In this document: piece by piece, positions 1-13,323 of the stretch | Numbering within the stretch: position 1 is the first letter of the stretch | Layout: each line of letters starts with the position of its first letter | NCBI GenBank assembly: GCA_951406725.2 | Contig: OX597822.1 | Coordinates: 83,886,001 to 83,950,000 of the forward strand | Length of the DNA stretch: 64,000 nucleotides | Source: Octopus vulgaris | Lineage: Eukaryota | Reading direction: 5' to 3' | The notes under the pieces: model-generated | What the model was told of the DNA's origin: nothing | The model's database searches: none | Seen by the model: the letters and a program-made list of their open reading frames with translations, nothing else | Made by a program: the position numbers and the translations under genes

Positions 1-208
1 TAAAATTTTGTCACAAGGCCAGCAATTTCAGCGGAGGGAGCTAATCGATTACATGGATCCTAGTGCTCAACAGGAACTTATTTCATCCCCTCGAAAGGCT
101 AAAAGGCAAGGCCGATCTGGGCGACATTCGAACACGGAACGTAAAGACGGATGAAATTCCGCTCAGCATTTTTTCCGGCGTGCTATGATTTTATCAGCTG
201 AACGCCTT
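1..208 (-). mobile_element. tRNA-derived SINE, family B (Nin/Deu-like central domain), diverged
   Basis: Reverse complement aligns by eye with the better copies at 29060 and 33595 (aaggcg...gttcgaatgtcgcc...gccttttagcctttcgagggg...ggccttgtg). Confidence 0.75.
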
Positions 209-1745
209 ATACAAACCCATATATTAGGACTGCATTATACGATAAGTTCTTTCTTTTCAATGTCATTAGAAATTTTTTAGTTGCAATTTCTAACAATATG
301 GTCTCATAATCGCGTCCTTTTTTTCTTTCGGACAGATGATTTCCGCCGTCTTCATAATAATTATAATGATTGAGGTTTTAATTATTTCTATCAGTACCTA
401 GGTATTTGTCGATCGAATAACTTCGTGCAATACATGGATTTAAAGATCCAGACTCTACTACTGTCTGACTGATATTCACATCCTCTACTCCAATGTGCAG
501 TGGTTTCTTGTAAGTGATGTGTAGAAGTCCGAATATTGTATTTCCTCCACTGTTTAGCCTCTGTCTATATTTCCCTCGGCTACACATGTTGAACTTCTCG
601 AAGCGTAGCGCCGCCCCTTTGCATCGTATTAACAGACACTGTACAAAAGATTGAGGAAATATAGTTTATGAATACTGCTGCTATTTCTTATGTACGTGTG
701 AGGTTTTCTATGTCTTTGAATGTCTAACTTCAATAGGGAGAATAACATGACAATGGTCTCAAATTTTACAACTCTATAAGAGGATTTTTCGTGTGCTAGA
801 GTCTAGATGCCAGCCTTATGAAGTGAATCTCCAATATAATTAACCGTACATACTGCGTAACTTTTTACATAGAATCCTTTACGTGTAATGATGTCAGAAA
901 TTAAATACTACCGAAACAATTGTAAGTGGTAATAAAGATGAGCCTCAAATCCAGACGAAGAGACAGTACGAAAGAAGAAAAGGGACACCAGTGAAGCGGG
1001 AGTAGCTGTGTCACAAAACCAGCTATATCTATACAGAGTAGCGATTTCACATGGGCTAATATTCTCGTTTGGACCCTCAATTATTGATGTATTCGGAAGA
1101 GGCGCTAACTTGACAGACGACATCTCGTAGGAATTTTAGCTATGGCGGATGCCATTCCAATCAAAATCTAATTACGGCTGATTTGTTCCAGAGAGGAGGA
1201 AAAGAAGAAACAAAAGAAATATAGTAGGCGAATTGGTTCCGTAGTGGACTGTCATTTTATTTATCAACTCTGAAATTATGAAAGATGACATCGGTGAGAT
1301 CTGAACTCACAATCCACGCAACATGAAAAAATACCACATTCTATCCAACGTTTTAATATTTAAGAGATGCTATTCAAATTCTCTTCCCTTAAACTTTCAG
1401 TTCAAATACCCGGCTAGTACTAATACTGCTGCCACCTATGAGGCCTTCATTTCGAAGGAGGCTTAAGGTAGTAAACATAAGACTTCACCCAGTTCAAAAC
1501 TATCACCTGATCCTTCTGCTGAAGTTTCAGTAACTGATAAGGATTCAAGCTGACTCTCTTTCCGATTATATCTGAAAATGTTCAGACTAGGCATTTGTTT
1601 CATCAATCCCACTACAACTGCAGTGCATGTAAAGATAATAGGTGGGTACTGTCTCTCATCACACAACTAACTTATTCTCTGTTCATCGCTATAGAAACTT
1701 TATGTCTATGAATACAATTTAGCATCAGAGAACTGTAAACTATCA

Positions 1746-2324
1746 GGCGCATGCGTGGCTGTGTGGTAAGAAGCTTGCTTCCCAGCCACATTGTTTCAGG
1801 TTCATTCACACTGCATGACACCTTGAGCTAGTGTCTTCTACTATTGCCACGGGTTGACCAAAGCTTTATGAGTGGATTTGGTAGACAGAAACAGAAAGAA
1901 GCCCGTTGTGTGGTAAGTAGCTTGTTTACCAACCACATGGTTCCGGGTTCAGTCCCACTGCGCGGCACCTTGGGAAAGTGTCTTCTACTATAGCCTCGGG
2001 CCGACCAATGCCTTGTGAGTGGATTTGGTAGACGGAAACTGAAAAGAAGCCCGTCGTATATATATGTATATATATATATGCGTGTGTGTGTTTGTGTGTC
2101 TGTGTTTGTTCCTCTAGCATTGCTTGACAACCGATGCTGGTGTGTTTATGTCCCCGTTACTTAGCGGTTCGGCAAAAGAGACCGATAGAATAAGTACAGG
2201 GCTTACAAAGAATAAGTCCCGGGGTCGAGTTGCTCGACTAAAGGCGGTGCTCCAGCATGGCCGCAGTCAAATGACTGAAACAAGTAAAAAGAAAAAGAAA
2301 AAGAAAGAAATATATATATGTATA

Positions 2325-2373
<49 letters not shown>

Positions 2374-2585
2374 ATGTGTATGTGTATGTCTGTGTGTGTA
2401 TATGTTTGACCCCCACCAACACTTGACGATCGGTGCTGGTGTGGTTACGTCCCCATAACTTAACGGTTCGACAAAAGAGCACGATAAAATAAGTACTAGG
2501 TTTAAAACAAAAACAAAACTCTTCAATGCAGTGCCCCAGCATGACCGCAGTCAAATGACTGACAGAAATAAAAGACAAAAGACAA
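1746..2585 (+). mobile_element. SINE family A (tRNA-like head, internal TA/TG microsatellite), older copy interrupted by a younger copy
   Basis: Head gcgtggctgtgtggtaag at 1753. The 3' half (cttgacgatcggtgctgg...cagcatgaccgcagtcaaatgactga) resumes after about 2310. Confidence 0.8.
1907..2308 (+). mobile_element. SINE family A, young nested copy
   Basis: Near-identical to the copies at 10043, 34747 and 42418; ends in gactgaaacaagtaaaaaga plus an A-rich tail. Confidence 0.9.
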
Positions 2586-3130
2586 CAGATATCATTATGT
2601 TCGTGTGTCTGTACTAACTTTTCGTTTTGAAACATAATCCATTAAGGAAAAGATTGATGACATTATTATTTCAAAGTTTCTTTTGTTCATATTTCGAAAA
2701 GAGAAAACATACACAGTCTGTCCCCAAACAACCAAGTTGAAACTACAGAGATAACGACTTTACCAAACAAAAAGCAAAACAGCGAACCAATCACATTAGC
2801 AGAGCACCACAAAACAGCGAATGCTATTAAATGTTATGAAATACATTTATCAAAGCATTGTGAATAACGAGACGTTATTAAAATTATTTTATAAACTCTC
2901 GGAAGACGGGAGGAACTTACAATCAAAAGCAGAGTGCAAACAACATATTAAATAACAGAATCTTTCGAATAATATGGACTTGTAAATGAGCAAATTATGC
3001 GCACCCCACCCTCACTATATACACGCAGTGAGAATTGATAAGTAATTCTAAAGTGAGCATAAGCTCACAAATAAATTTGTATAGCTGTAAATACACATTT
3101 TGGGGTGTATTATACATAGCGTGTATGCGC

Positions 3131-3171
<41 letters not shown>

Positions 3172-3388
3172 TTGCAGTGTGGGTGTTTTGTACACTTGGT
3201 ATATTTCTGTAGGTAAATATATAAATATTATGAAATTTTGTGGCTTGAACAGTATTCATTTAATCTGGTAGAAAGAAAGAAACAACAATATAAGCACAAC
3301 GGTAGAAATACATAAAATGGTAAATATACAGACACACAGATATGTTATATATGCATTTATATACATATTCATGATAATAATAATAATC

Positions 3389-3509
3389 AGAAGAAGAAGA
3401 AGTAGAAGAAGAAGAAGAAGAAGAAGAAGAAGAAGAAGAAGAAGAAGAAGAAGAAGAAGAAGAAGAAGAAGAAGAAGAAGAAGAAGAAGAAGAAGAAGAA
3501 GAAGAAGAA
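3389..3509. repeat. (GAA)n microsatellite
   Basis: Seen directly. Confidence 0.98.
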
Positions 3510-3534
3510 TATAGCAAGGATTGTCCCTTGGACA

Positions 3535-3957
3535 CTTTGCAACAAGTGCGGACTTGACAGAGTAAACAATAGGTACTATAAACCCGAAGGTATCATCGAA
3601 AATGATAATGCAAAGATTCTATAGGATTTTATGATTCAGGGCCACCATGAGATAGAGAATAGAAAACCAGATAGAGTGTGAACTGAGAAAGAAATTTTAG
3701 CTTGGAAAGTTGAGCAGTTGTAGCAGTAGTACCAATAATCGTCGGAGCCCTGGGAAGAGTGAGTAAAAATCTTGATAATTACATTGAAGAAATAGGGTCT
3801 GCAATAAGGTGGAGCAGTTTAAGAAAATAGCACCGCTCGGAACCGCTCGAATACTCCGGATGGTGCTCGAAAAATAAGAGGTGTTACCTTAGTTTACTGG
3901 TGGTGAACAGCTGACACTGTAGTATATCTCCAGCGTTAGAAGCTGTGCAAAGGCAAT
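3535..3957 (+). mobile_element. RLE-type non-LTR retrotransposon (R4/Dong-like), decayed 3' end
   Basis: Broken translation PEGIIENDNAKIL*DFMIQ...IENRKPD...VVPIIVGALG...LGTARILRMVLEK*, then a short 3' UTR running into (AAT)n. Confidence 0.8.
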
Positions 3958-3970
3958 AATAATAATAATG

Positions 3971-4058
<88 letters not shown>

Positions 4059-4101
4059 TAATAATAATAATAATAATAATGATAATAATAATAATAATAA
4101 T
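3956..4101. repeat. (AAT)n microsatellite
   Basis: Seen directly. Confidence 0.98.
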
Positions 4102-4812
4102 GAATGCTCTAGAAGAAAAAAATCCCATGAAAATGAGAAGGGTAGATAGGAGTATGATAAATAAATTAACACAAAAGATAAATACTGTTATACCATACAT
4201 CCAGACGGCAGACATATCACTAACGAGGAATCTTTTCCGAGCTATTGCGCTACTTGCTGAGGAGAAATTACAACTTAAGAGAACAAAAAATGGTGAAGCA
4301 AAAGAACCATGATGAAAACGACGCATTGAAAGGGACATAATGCGGGCAAGGCAAGGTCTAGGAAAATTGAGCAATGGTTAAGGGGAAACTGGAAAAATGG
4401 GAAAAAGACTGACCGAGAATAATTAGAGAAGAAGTATAAAATACGGAAGAACGGGTTTGATGCAGTAATAGAGCAGTTAAAACAGAGGATCATGGAAAAA
4501 AAAACAGAATATCAGAAGATTTGTGAACTGAAAGAAGCAGTTCGTGGAGAACAGATAGTTCAGAAATAACCCGAAGCAATTCTTCCGAACGTTAGGAAAC
4601 AATGGGGAAAATTTTGCTCCTGATGCAAATCAAGCCAAGGAGTTCTGGAGCGGGTTATGAGGAAACAATGTGGTGCATAAAAAGGATGCAACGTGGATAG
4701 GAACTATCAAGACAGAATTACCAGGAGGAAAGAAACAAAGGAATATTGTCATAAGCATGGGTGATGTGAAAGAACAAGTGGGTAAAGTGCCAAATTGGAA
4801 GGCCCCGGACTA
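4102..4812 (+). mobile_element. R4/Dong-like LINE fragment, region N-terminal to RT, decayed
   Basis: KEP**KRRIE...LEKKYKIRKNG...EQLKQR...PDANQAKEFWSGL*...KVPNWKAPD, with stops and frameshifts. Confidence 0.7.
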
Positions 4813-5437
4813 AGTTCCAAGTCAACCGATTATATCATCGTTTTGACGAAAATTGTTCATTGCTTGAAAGATATTGGTCAAGTTTAATAAAATTTAATAT
4901 GTATTCAATGCATGAAGTGCCATTGTTGGGCCCAAGGCCCAATGGAGAGCTCTGCACAGGAGCTACCTTAAAAGTCGCCCGTTATAATGGCTTTTAAACT
5001 AGTAAGTATATATGTGTGTGTGTGCGTGTGTGTGTGTTTGTGCGTGCGTGTGTGTGTGTGTGTGTATTTGTACAGATATATGCAGGTATGAATAGACATA
5101 TTTCTGCAAGTATTTCCGAACTGTGCATATATTAATGAATTTTATTAAAATTCACTTCAGGCATTACAGATGTGTATGTAGGTGTGTTGAATTTTGTGTT
5201 TATGAATATTTATGCTTCCCAATAATTTCAAAATATGAATATTACTTAAATTCGTAGCAACATTAAATTTATGTTTATGAATGTAAATATAAGACTTGCT
5301 CCCTCTATTTCTCTTTCACTTTTACTCTCTCTCCTTGTGTCTACATGTAAGCTTCAGTATTTGTGTGCGTGTGCATGTTCGTGCCAGTGTTTATATATAT
5401 ATATATATACTGTGTGTATATATATATCTGTAAATAA

Positions 5438-5495
<58 letters not shown>

Positions 5496-5728
5496 ATTCA
5501 GACCCAGCAATTTACGAAACTGATATGACTTTGAATCTCTTTAGCAATTCAAAATAATGACTTTTATTCCTCTTAATTCTACCTCAGTTCAACAAATTGT
5601 ATACATTTATCGTTGCTTTGCATCAAAAAGCCTTTGTATCCAATGTGCATTTTCGCTTTTTTCTTCTTACTTTCCCCTATATATCTACCACGTGTAGTTT
5701 ATTTTTCTCTTTAAAACCTATTTATATA

Positions 5729-5764
<36 letters not shown>

Positions 5765-5780
5765 TGTATGTATATATATT

Positions 5781-6419
5781 AAATAATAAGAGTAGAAATA
5801 AATATTATTAATTAATATCAATTTCAACCATTGGTCCAGCATACTTAAAAGAAGTCCATATATATATAACAATGATAAATCTCAGAGCTAGTTATAAACA
5901 GTAGCAGCAACACATCGTGACGTATATTTGCCATTTGAATATGGCTAACCCCTAAGGGTGAATGCTACTGTAGTTTGTAGCCCCAGGAGGACACCTCCTC
6001 CAGCTGGCTATAGACACACTTTCTGTGACCTATCAGTATTTGCAAAGGGAAGCCATCCTTCCCGTCTTCAACTTATGAAACACTGTTTATAACTCGCTCT
6101 GAGATTTATCAATGTTTGATTTCACTTTTCAATATCAGTGTCAATCGATACTGGATAAAGTATATGTATTTGTGAAGGGAACCAACTTCTCATCGACAAC
6201 TATGATTGTCACACGCCGATAACGGGTCAATACCCTGAAACTCGAGTCCTTGTGTATCATAAGTTGAAGACGGGAAGGATAGATTCCCTTTGCAAATACT
6301 GATAGAGCACAGAAAGTGTGTCTATAGCCAGCTGGAGGAGGTGTCCTCCTGGGGCTACAAACTACAGTAGCATTCACCCTTAGGGGTTAGCCATATTCAA
6401 ATGGCAAATATACGTCACC
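5781..6419 (+). mobile_element. Fold-back non-coding element between TA-rich tracts, with a variant hammerhead (Penelope pLTR/retrozyme-like)
   Basis: Inverted repeat of about 160 bp (5917-6078 vs 6257-6418); second inverted repeat (about 5873-5902 vs 6081-6110); hammerhead-like motif at 6210-6254. Confidence 0.7.
6210..6254 (+). ncRNA. Degenerate type I hammerhead-like motif (core CCGAUAA)
   Basis: cacacg CCGATAA c gggt-caat-accc t GAAA C-tcga-G TC cttgtg. Two core deviations, so probably inactive. Confidence 0.5.
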
Positions 6420-6440
6420 ATATATATATATATATATATA

Positions 6441-6726
6441 ACTAATGTAGGATAAAATTTTTTGCGAAAAAAAATTTCATCAAAAAATACCATTAAAGGT
6501 TAAATTTATAAACAACTTATAAAATAATGGCGAAAGAAAAATTCTAATGCCAAATATGCCGGAAAAAAAGACAAAATTGTCAATAACCATTATAATTTAT
6601 GCGTCTCGAAACATGCCGATAGAAATTTCTAAAAATTTCCGTTATTACCGTATTGGTCCCAATTTCGGGGTTAATTCATAAGAATTTTCCGCTCGTCAGC
6701 GATAAATACGTAAGACATAAATGAAA
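6441..6726 (-). mobile_element. Short hammerhead-bearing element between (TA)n tracts
   Basis: Bounded by (TA)n on both sides; contains a minus-strand hammerhead. Confidence 0.7.
6645..6705 (-). ncRNA. Type I hammerhead ribozyme motif
   Basis: Reverse complement: ttatcg CTGACGA gcggaaaattcttatgaattaacccc GAAA ttgg-ga-ccaa TA cggtaa. 6-bp stem I, AUA cleavage triplet. Confidence 0.8.
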
Positions 6727-6746
6727 TATATATATATATATATATA

Positions 6747-7694
6747 AATTATTACAATATATAAAAGGGCTTAGTAAAATAAATTACTTTGCCGCATACT
6801 GAACTCATTAGAAATAGCAGCTAAAAAACTTTTTTAAAAACCATTTCTAATACTTAAAGAAAATCTCTTTTTTTTTATGTCTTTACCCCCAAACTTTCGT
6901 GAGTTGAGTTGACTAAACACTATACGAGAGAGATTTTCTTTAAGTATTAGAAATGGTTTTTAAAAAAGTTTTTTAGCTGCTATTTCTAATGAGTTCAGTA
7001 TGCGGCAAAGTAATTTATTTTACTAAGCCCTTTTATATATTGTAATAATTTGAATTCGCCTTAAATGGTCCCTTTGCATACTGAACACTTGGTGAAATTA
7101 ATTAATAATTAATTAATTTTACCCTCAATTGTTGAAATTATAATTAATCTCCCTCTAATTAATGCTTCGGATTTTACCGAAATAAGCAGAGTGTTTGTTG
7201 ATTTTAACCCACGCTGGTGGAAAGGGGAGGACAGAAATTCTTCGCTTGCATGTTTGAGTTTGTTGGCACTGTTAGTTACGAGCAGATCTTCGAAGGCGAT
7301 GAGAGGCCGAAAGAGTATGCTCTCACTTTCAGTGTTTTCAAATCCAAACCATGGAGTTTCTGAGCTGATGATAGAAGTGTCTTGATGACTAATCTTGAAA
7401 CGTACGTTCTCAAATAACCTTTGCATTTGATTTTTTTTATGTCTTTACCCCCAAACTTTCGTGAGTTGAGTTGACTAAACACTATACGAGAGAGATTTTC
7501 TTTAAGTATTAGAAATGGTTTTTAAAAAAGTTTTTTAGCTGCTATTTCTAATGAGTTCAGTATGCGGCAAAGTAATTTATTTTACTAAGCCCTTTTATAT
7601 ATTGTAATAATTTGAATTCGCCTTAAATGGTCCCTTTGCATACTGAACACTTGGTGAAATTAATTAATAATTAATTAATTTTACCCTCAATTGT

Positions 7695-7696
<2 letters not shown>
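6747..7696 (+). mobile_element. Hammerhead-bearing element: 562-bp unit in about 1.5 tandem copies, preceded by an inverted copy of about 120 bp, in (TA)n
   Basis: Direct repeat 6869-7135 = 7431-7696 (offset 562); 6747-6868 is the reverse complement of about 6929-7051; hammerhead at 7361-7412. Confidence 0.85.
7361..7412 (+). ncRNA. Type I hammerhead ribozyme motif with palindromic stem III
   Basis: tgag CTGATGA t aga...gtc-ttgat-gac...tct t GAAA C-gtac-G TT ctca. Confidence 0.8.
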
Positions 7697-7756
<60 letters not shown>

Positions 7757-7758
<2 letters not shown>

Positions 7759-8450
7759 GAACGACAGTTAAAATAATACGCATTCTTGTTTTATCAATGT
7801 ATTTCCTCAAAAGCTGGGGTTAGACAAGTACGTCATTTTTCTGTATAGTCTCCTTCCTTTCCGATGCACTTGGTCCACCGATCTACAACCTTGCGTATTC
7901 CCTCCAAGAAGAAGGTTTTCGGTTGATTGCGCAACCCTTTATGCACCGCTTCCTTAGCATCTTCATTCGTAGGAAATCGACGACCATGTAAAGCAATTTT
8001 TGTGGTCCAAATATACGATAGTCGGAAGGGGTGAGATCTGGGCTGTAGGCAGGGTGTTCCATTACCTCAAAACCCAATTGGTTAATGATTTCAACGGTCT
8101 GGGCGGCCCTGGTTTGGCGTGAATTGTCATGCAACAACAAAGCTTTCTTCGACAATAGGCTTTGGCGTTTAGAGCGACTTACTGGCTTCAGTTTGTTGGC
8201 CACCAAAGTACTATATCTTGCACTGTTGATCGTACATCCATTTTCTAGATAGTCTTCTAGTATAGGTCCTTTTGAATCTCAAGAACGGGTTGGCATCACC
8301 TTTCACGTGGAAGACTGAGTCTTGAATTTCTTTGCTGCTAGCGAGCCAGGATGTTTCCAGTCCATACTCTGTCTTTTGGATTCTGCCTAATAATGATAGA
8401 CTCACGTTTCATCTACCGTGACTATTCCACTCAAAAATTCTTCGCCCTCA

Positions 8451-8452
<2 letters not shown>
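7757..8452 (-). mobile_element. Mariner transposase remnant (3' half)
   Basis: LLLHDNSR...HPAYSPDLTPSDYRIFGP motifs; frameshifted. Confidence 0.9.
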
Positions 8453-8491
<39 letters not shown>

Positions 8492-9990
8492 AATTACGCA
8501 ACCGAAGGTATACATTAGCTAAAATAAAAAGTTTGGGAAGTCACACAGCTGCTTGTTGATTATTTTGGAATGGCTTCGAACTTTCAAGACACGATCTACT
8601 CTCCAAATTATTCGAATAACGACTGAACCTGATCATTTATATATCCATACTTCATCGGAATTTCCTAAGTAACTGAAGCGTATGTTTAAATGAAATAAAT
8701 GTCTACCAAATGCAGATTCCATTTAGATAAATATGAGCAATTTATTAAACGTTTAACTTTAAGAAAACAGCGTATCTCGTCATATTCAATACGTTGTGAC
8801 ACATTCGCACGTGCAAATTTAATTGATGTGGTATTTCGGCATCGGAAAATATTTCCTCCTTTCAAAGAATGTATCCTCATAACAAACGCAAATCATCAGT
8901 GTTAAAATTTTTATTAGATACCACGGTGTTTCCACTTTAGTGCGTCTATGTAATCAGAGCTACCAAGAAACAATGTATATAACAAGAATACAGACACTTT
9001 ACTATATTAGTTCGAGAGGTGCACACAGGACAGATAGTGCAATCAATAACTTAACTGTCCATTCATAATACATTCTGGCAGATTCAAACGTGAATATATT
9101 GATCGCTGCTGTTTTTTCTTTATCAGAAAACATTTCCATACATTTGTCTATGCGTGTATTCAAAACACGCGTCTCTTCAGCGTAAAGGGACTTTGAGTCC
9201 CGACTTTAAGGACCGGGGTGTTTCGACCTTATTTTGTATCCTCAGTCAAAGTTATTAGGTGCAATTCTTTCCTGGATACAGCAAACAAATATTCTGCTGA
9301 TAAGCACTGATTCCTGCTAAACAATGAACAATTCATGATGTACAGCAGAACAGTATTCACCTCACCCAAACTTATTTTCTGCATAAAGTTCGCGCAAGAT
9401 ATTCGGTAAACATTACTCCACTATCTCACTATTCGTATACAGATTTAGAATTCTCTACTAAGCAATTCCAGATCAAGAAGTCTTTGGTTGAAAATTCTTC
9501 ACTCCAGCGGGTACTCTGCCATATTCAGCTATTGGCTGGTGGATACTGGCAAAGGTCTTCTGATCGTCAATCTCAACAATGCTTAGATCCTTTCTTTTTT
9601 CTTCTACGTTTTTATCTGGTTCTGTGTAACTTTTCTTATCTATTCTACTAGGCATAGACACAGACATGATTCCACTAACATGTTTCTTTTTGTTACGACT
9701 GAAAAGAATTTTACCTACGTAACATTTCATTACGGAACCACTTAAAACATACATATTAAATGCATTCGAAATGTCAGCAAATGCTTTTAGCAAACTAGAC
9801 TCTCTCTGTTCGGATAATACGGTTATAATGCAATATGTTTATAAGAGTAGGATAGTAGTACAACAATGCATGGCATTCTACCTAATATGCATATTTAAAT
9901 ATTTGTGTGTGTGTGAGAGATTGTGTATATTAATATACAAATGAGTGTGTATATATGTATGAATATAAATATAAATTTATATCTATACCA

Positions 9991-10040
<50 letters not shown>

Positions 10041-10042
10041 AT

Positions 10043-10440
10043 ACTCTTTTACTTTTACTTGTTTCAGTCATTTGACTGCAGCCATGCTGGAGCACCGCCT
10101 TTAATCGAGCAACTCGACCCCGGGACTTATTCTTTGTAAGCCCAGTACTTATTCTATCGGTCTCTTTTGCCGAACCGCTAAGTGACGGGGACGTAAACAC
10201 ATCAGCATCGGTTGTCAAGCAATGCTAGGGGGACAAACACAGACACACAAACATGCACACACACATACATATATATACATATATATGACGAGCTTCACTC
10301 AGTTTCCGTCTACCAAATCCACTCACAAGGCTTTGGTCGGCCCGAGGCTATAGTAGAAGACATTTGCCCAAGGTGCCGCGCAGTGGGACTGAACCCGGAA
10401 CCATGTGGCTGGTAAGCAAGCTACTTACCACACAGCCACT

Positions 10441-10442
<2 letters not shown>
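10043..10442 (-). mobile_element. SINE family A, full length
   Basis: Reverse complement of the 1907/34747/42418 copies. Confidence 0.9.
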
Positions 10443-10483
<41 letters not shown>

Positions 10484-10575
10484 TTATATATCTATACCTA
10501 TATGTGTGTGTTTGTATAGACATACCTATCCATATATATGTGTGTGTGTGCGTAAATTCACACATACACACACAC

Positions 10576-10637
<62 letters not shown>

Positions 10638-10769
10638 TAATTGTGTGTCAAAAATATATGATTGTAAATATCTATTTTTATGTGAGTGGATGGATAAGAG
10701 GAATTATGCGTGTGAGAGTGTGTGTATGTGTTTGTGTATATGCGTGCGAGCGTGTGTGTGTGTGTATGC

Positions 10770-10859
<90 letters not shown>

Positions 10860-11271
10860 ACATGTGTATTTGTGTGGTTCTGTGAACGTGTGTGCGGATT
10901 GTATGATCGAGAAAGGCATTTCTTCGTAGAGTGGAATTTTAATCCTCATATCACGTTTCATTGCACTTCTCTCTTGATACTTAATCTAAATACCTTTCAA
11001 ATGTGGATTAACAAGAAATTGTCGTTTTCATATAATGCACTCGAGACTCCCACTCCATATACAAAAACATTTATACAAGGAAATGTTTGTAATCGTACAT
11101 GCCTACATCCATCTAGGTTTATAGACACACCTCTTACATTTATATCCATAAATATTGCTGTGCAAAGACACACACGTCCATTAGTAAGCATATATTACCG
11201 CCATCTTTCTATGCCTTACACAACAGTGTATGTCAGTTTATGCAAGTATATGTGTGTATGAGTGTGTGAAT

Positions 11272-11323
<52 letters not shown>

Positions 11324-11685
11324 GTATATATATGTGTGTGTGTGAGTATGTATGTGTCTATTTATGTGCGTATATGTTTATATATGTACATGTCTACATG
11401 GAGAGAATGAGAGAGGAGTACACAAACACACATACATATATATGAGCATATAAACAGATGTGTATACACATATTTATTATATACGACTGTGTGTGTTGAC
11501 TGAAATTAATGACACACAAATAGGAAATATTACAATATCTTTAACACACGACAATATTTCATCACTGGACATGAATTTATATATTCATAAGAATATCTAC
11601 ATAAAATTTAATGAAGTGCGCATGCGCACATATACACACAAATTTCACGTATATAGATGTGTTTGTATCAATGTATATCTGTTGA

Positions 11686-12071
<386 letters not shown>

Positions 12072-12157
12072 TGCATATATGTAGGTATGTATGTGCATAT
12101 ATATGCGCATATGCGCGTATATATATATATATATATGCAGAGAACAGAGACATCTTT

Positions 12158-12540
12158 TATCTTTCACCTTTTATTTGTTTCAGTCAGACAACGGCTATGC
12201 TGGGGCAATGGGCCATTGATTCATTGCCTTAAATCATTTTAATTGATCTCGTGGACGTCGAAACACCAACACTGGTTGTTAAACCGGTGGTGCAGGACAA
12301 GCACAGACAAAATGCACAACAATACAGACATACTCACACTCACACACATACACACACACATCTATTTGTATACGACAGGCTTCTTCCAGTTTCCGTCTAA
12401 CAAATCCGCTCATGAAGCTTTAGGCTATAATAGAAGACTATAATAGAAGACACGTGCCCAATCAGCAACGCAGTGGGACTGAACCTGTAAATGCAAGATT
12501 ATAAAGCAAGCTTCTAAACCGCACACCCATACCAACGGCT
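12158..12540 (-). mobile_element. SINE family A, diverged
   Basis: tttgtttcagtca...ctatgctggggca...tttccgtctaacaaatcc...gcagtgggactgaacc. Confidence 0.7.
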
Positions 12541-12550
12541 ATATATGTGC

Positions 12551-12582
<32 letters not shown>

Positions 12583-12866
12583 GTGTATGTGTGTATGTGT
12601 GTGTGTATGTGTGTGTGTGTGCGTGCGTGTGTGTGTTTGTGTAAGTATTTAAGTAAGTGCGCATGTGCGGCTGAGACATTTTCATTCTATGATTTCATAT
12701 TTTTCAATATTTTATTCGTTGGATATGTGGAATTCCATAAATATTTATAATCACTTGAATTATATTAAATACACAAAGGGCATTCATTCCAATATGGATA
12801 CATTTAGGCACACGCACGCACGCACGCACACACAAAGTAGCATGTATGTGTATATAAGTTTCAGTG

Positions 12867-12923
<57 letters not shown>

Positions 12924-13025
12924 ATATGTATATATGTGTGTGTATGTGTTTGTACGTGCGATTGTGTGTGAATGTATGTATGTATACGTATGAATGGTTA
13001 TAAATGCTTACATATACTAATATAT

Positions 13026-13180
13026 AAGGTGGTGAGCTGTCAGAATCGTTGTCGTCAAAGACAAGATGTCTGTCGGCACGTTTTCCTGGCTTACTTCCTG
13101 AGCTCAAATTCTGCCGAGGTCGACTTTACCTTTCATCCATTTAGGGATCAGTAAAATAAGAACCAGTCAAGCGCTGGGGC
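13026..13180 (+). mobile_element. SINE family B, partial
   Basis: aaggtggtgagctgtcagaatcgtt...gccgaggtcgactttacctttcatcc. Confidence 0.75.
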
Positions 13181-13323
13181 TACTACTATTATATACAATT
13201 AATTCAAGAAAATTAAGTCCTCGTTAGGGATTATATAATCCAAGGTATTCCACTGGTTTAATCTGTATCATATAATGATAAAGTCATTGGTATATGTTTA
13301 GGATTATTGAAATTATTAATGTG

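Noticed and set aside
1828-2426. Recurrent ORFs MSSNARGTNTD... and MTTDAGVF... resembling a gene family
   Set aside because: Chance frames within SINE family A copies
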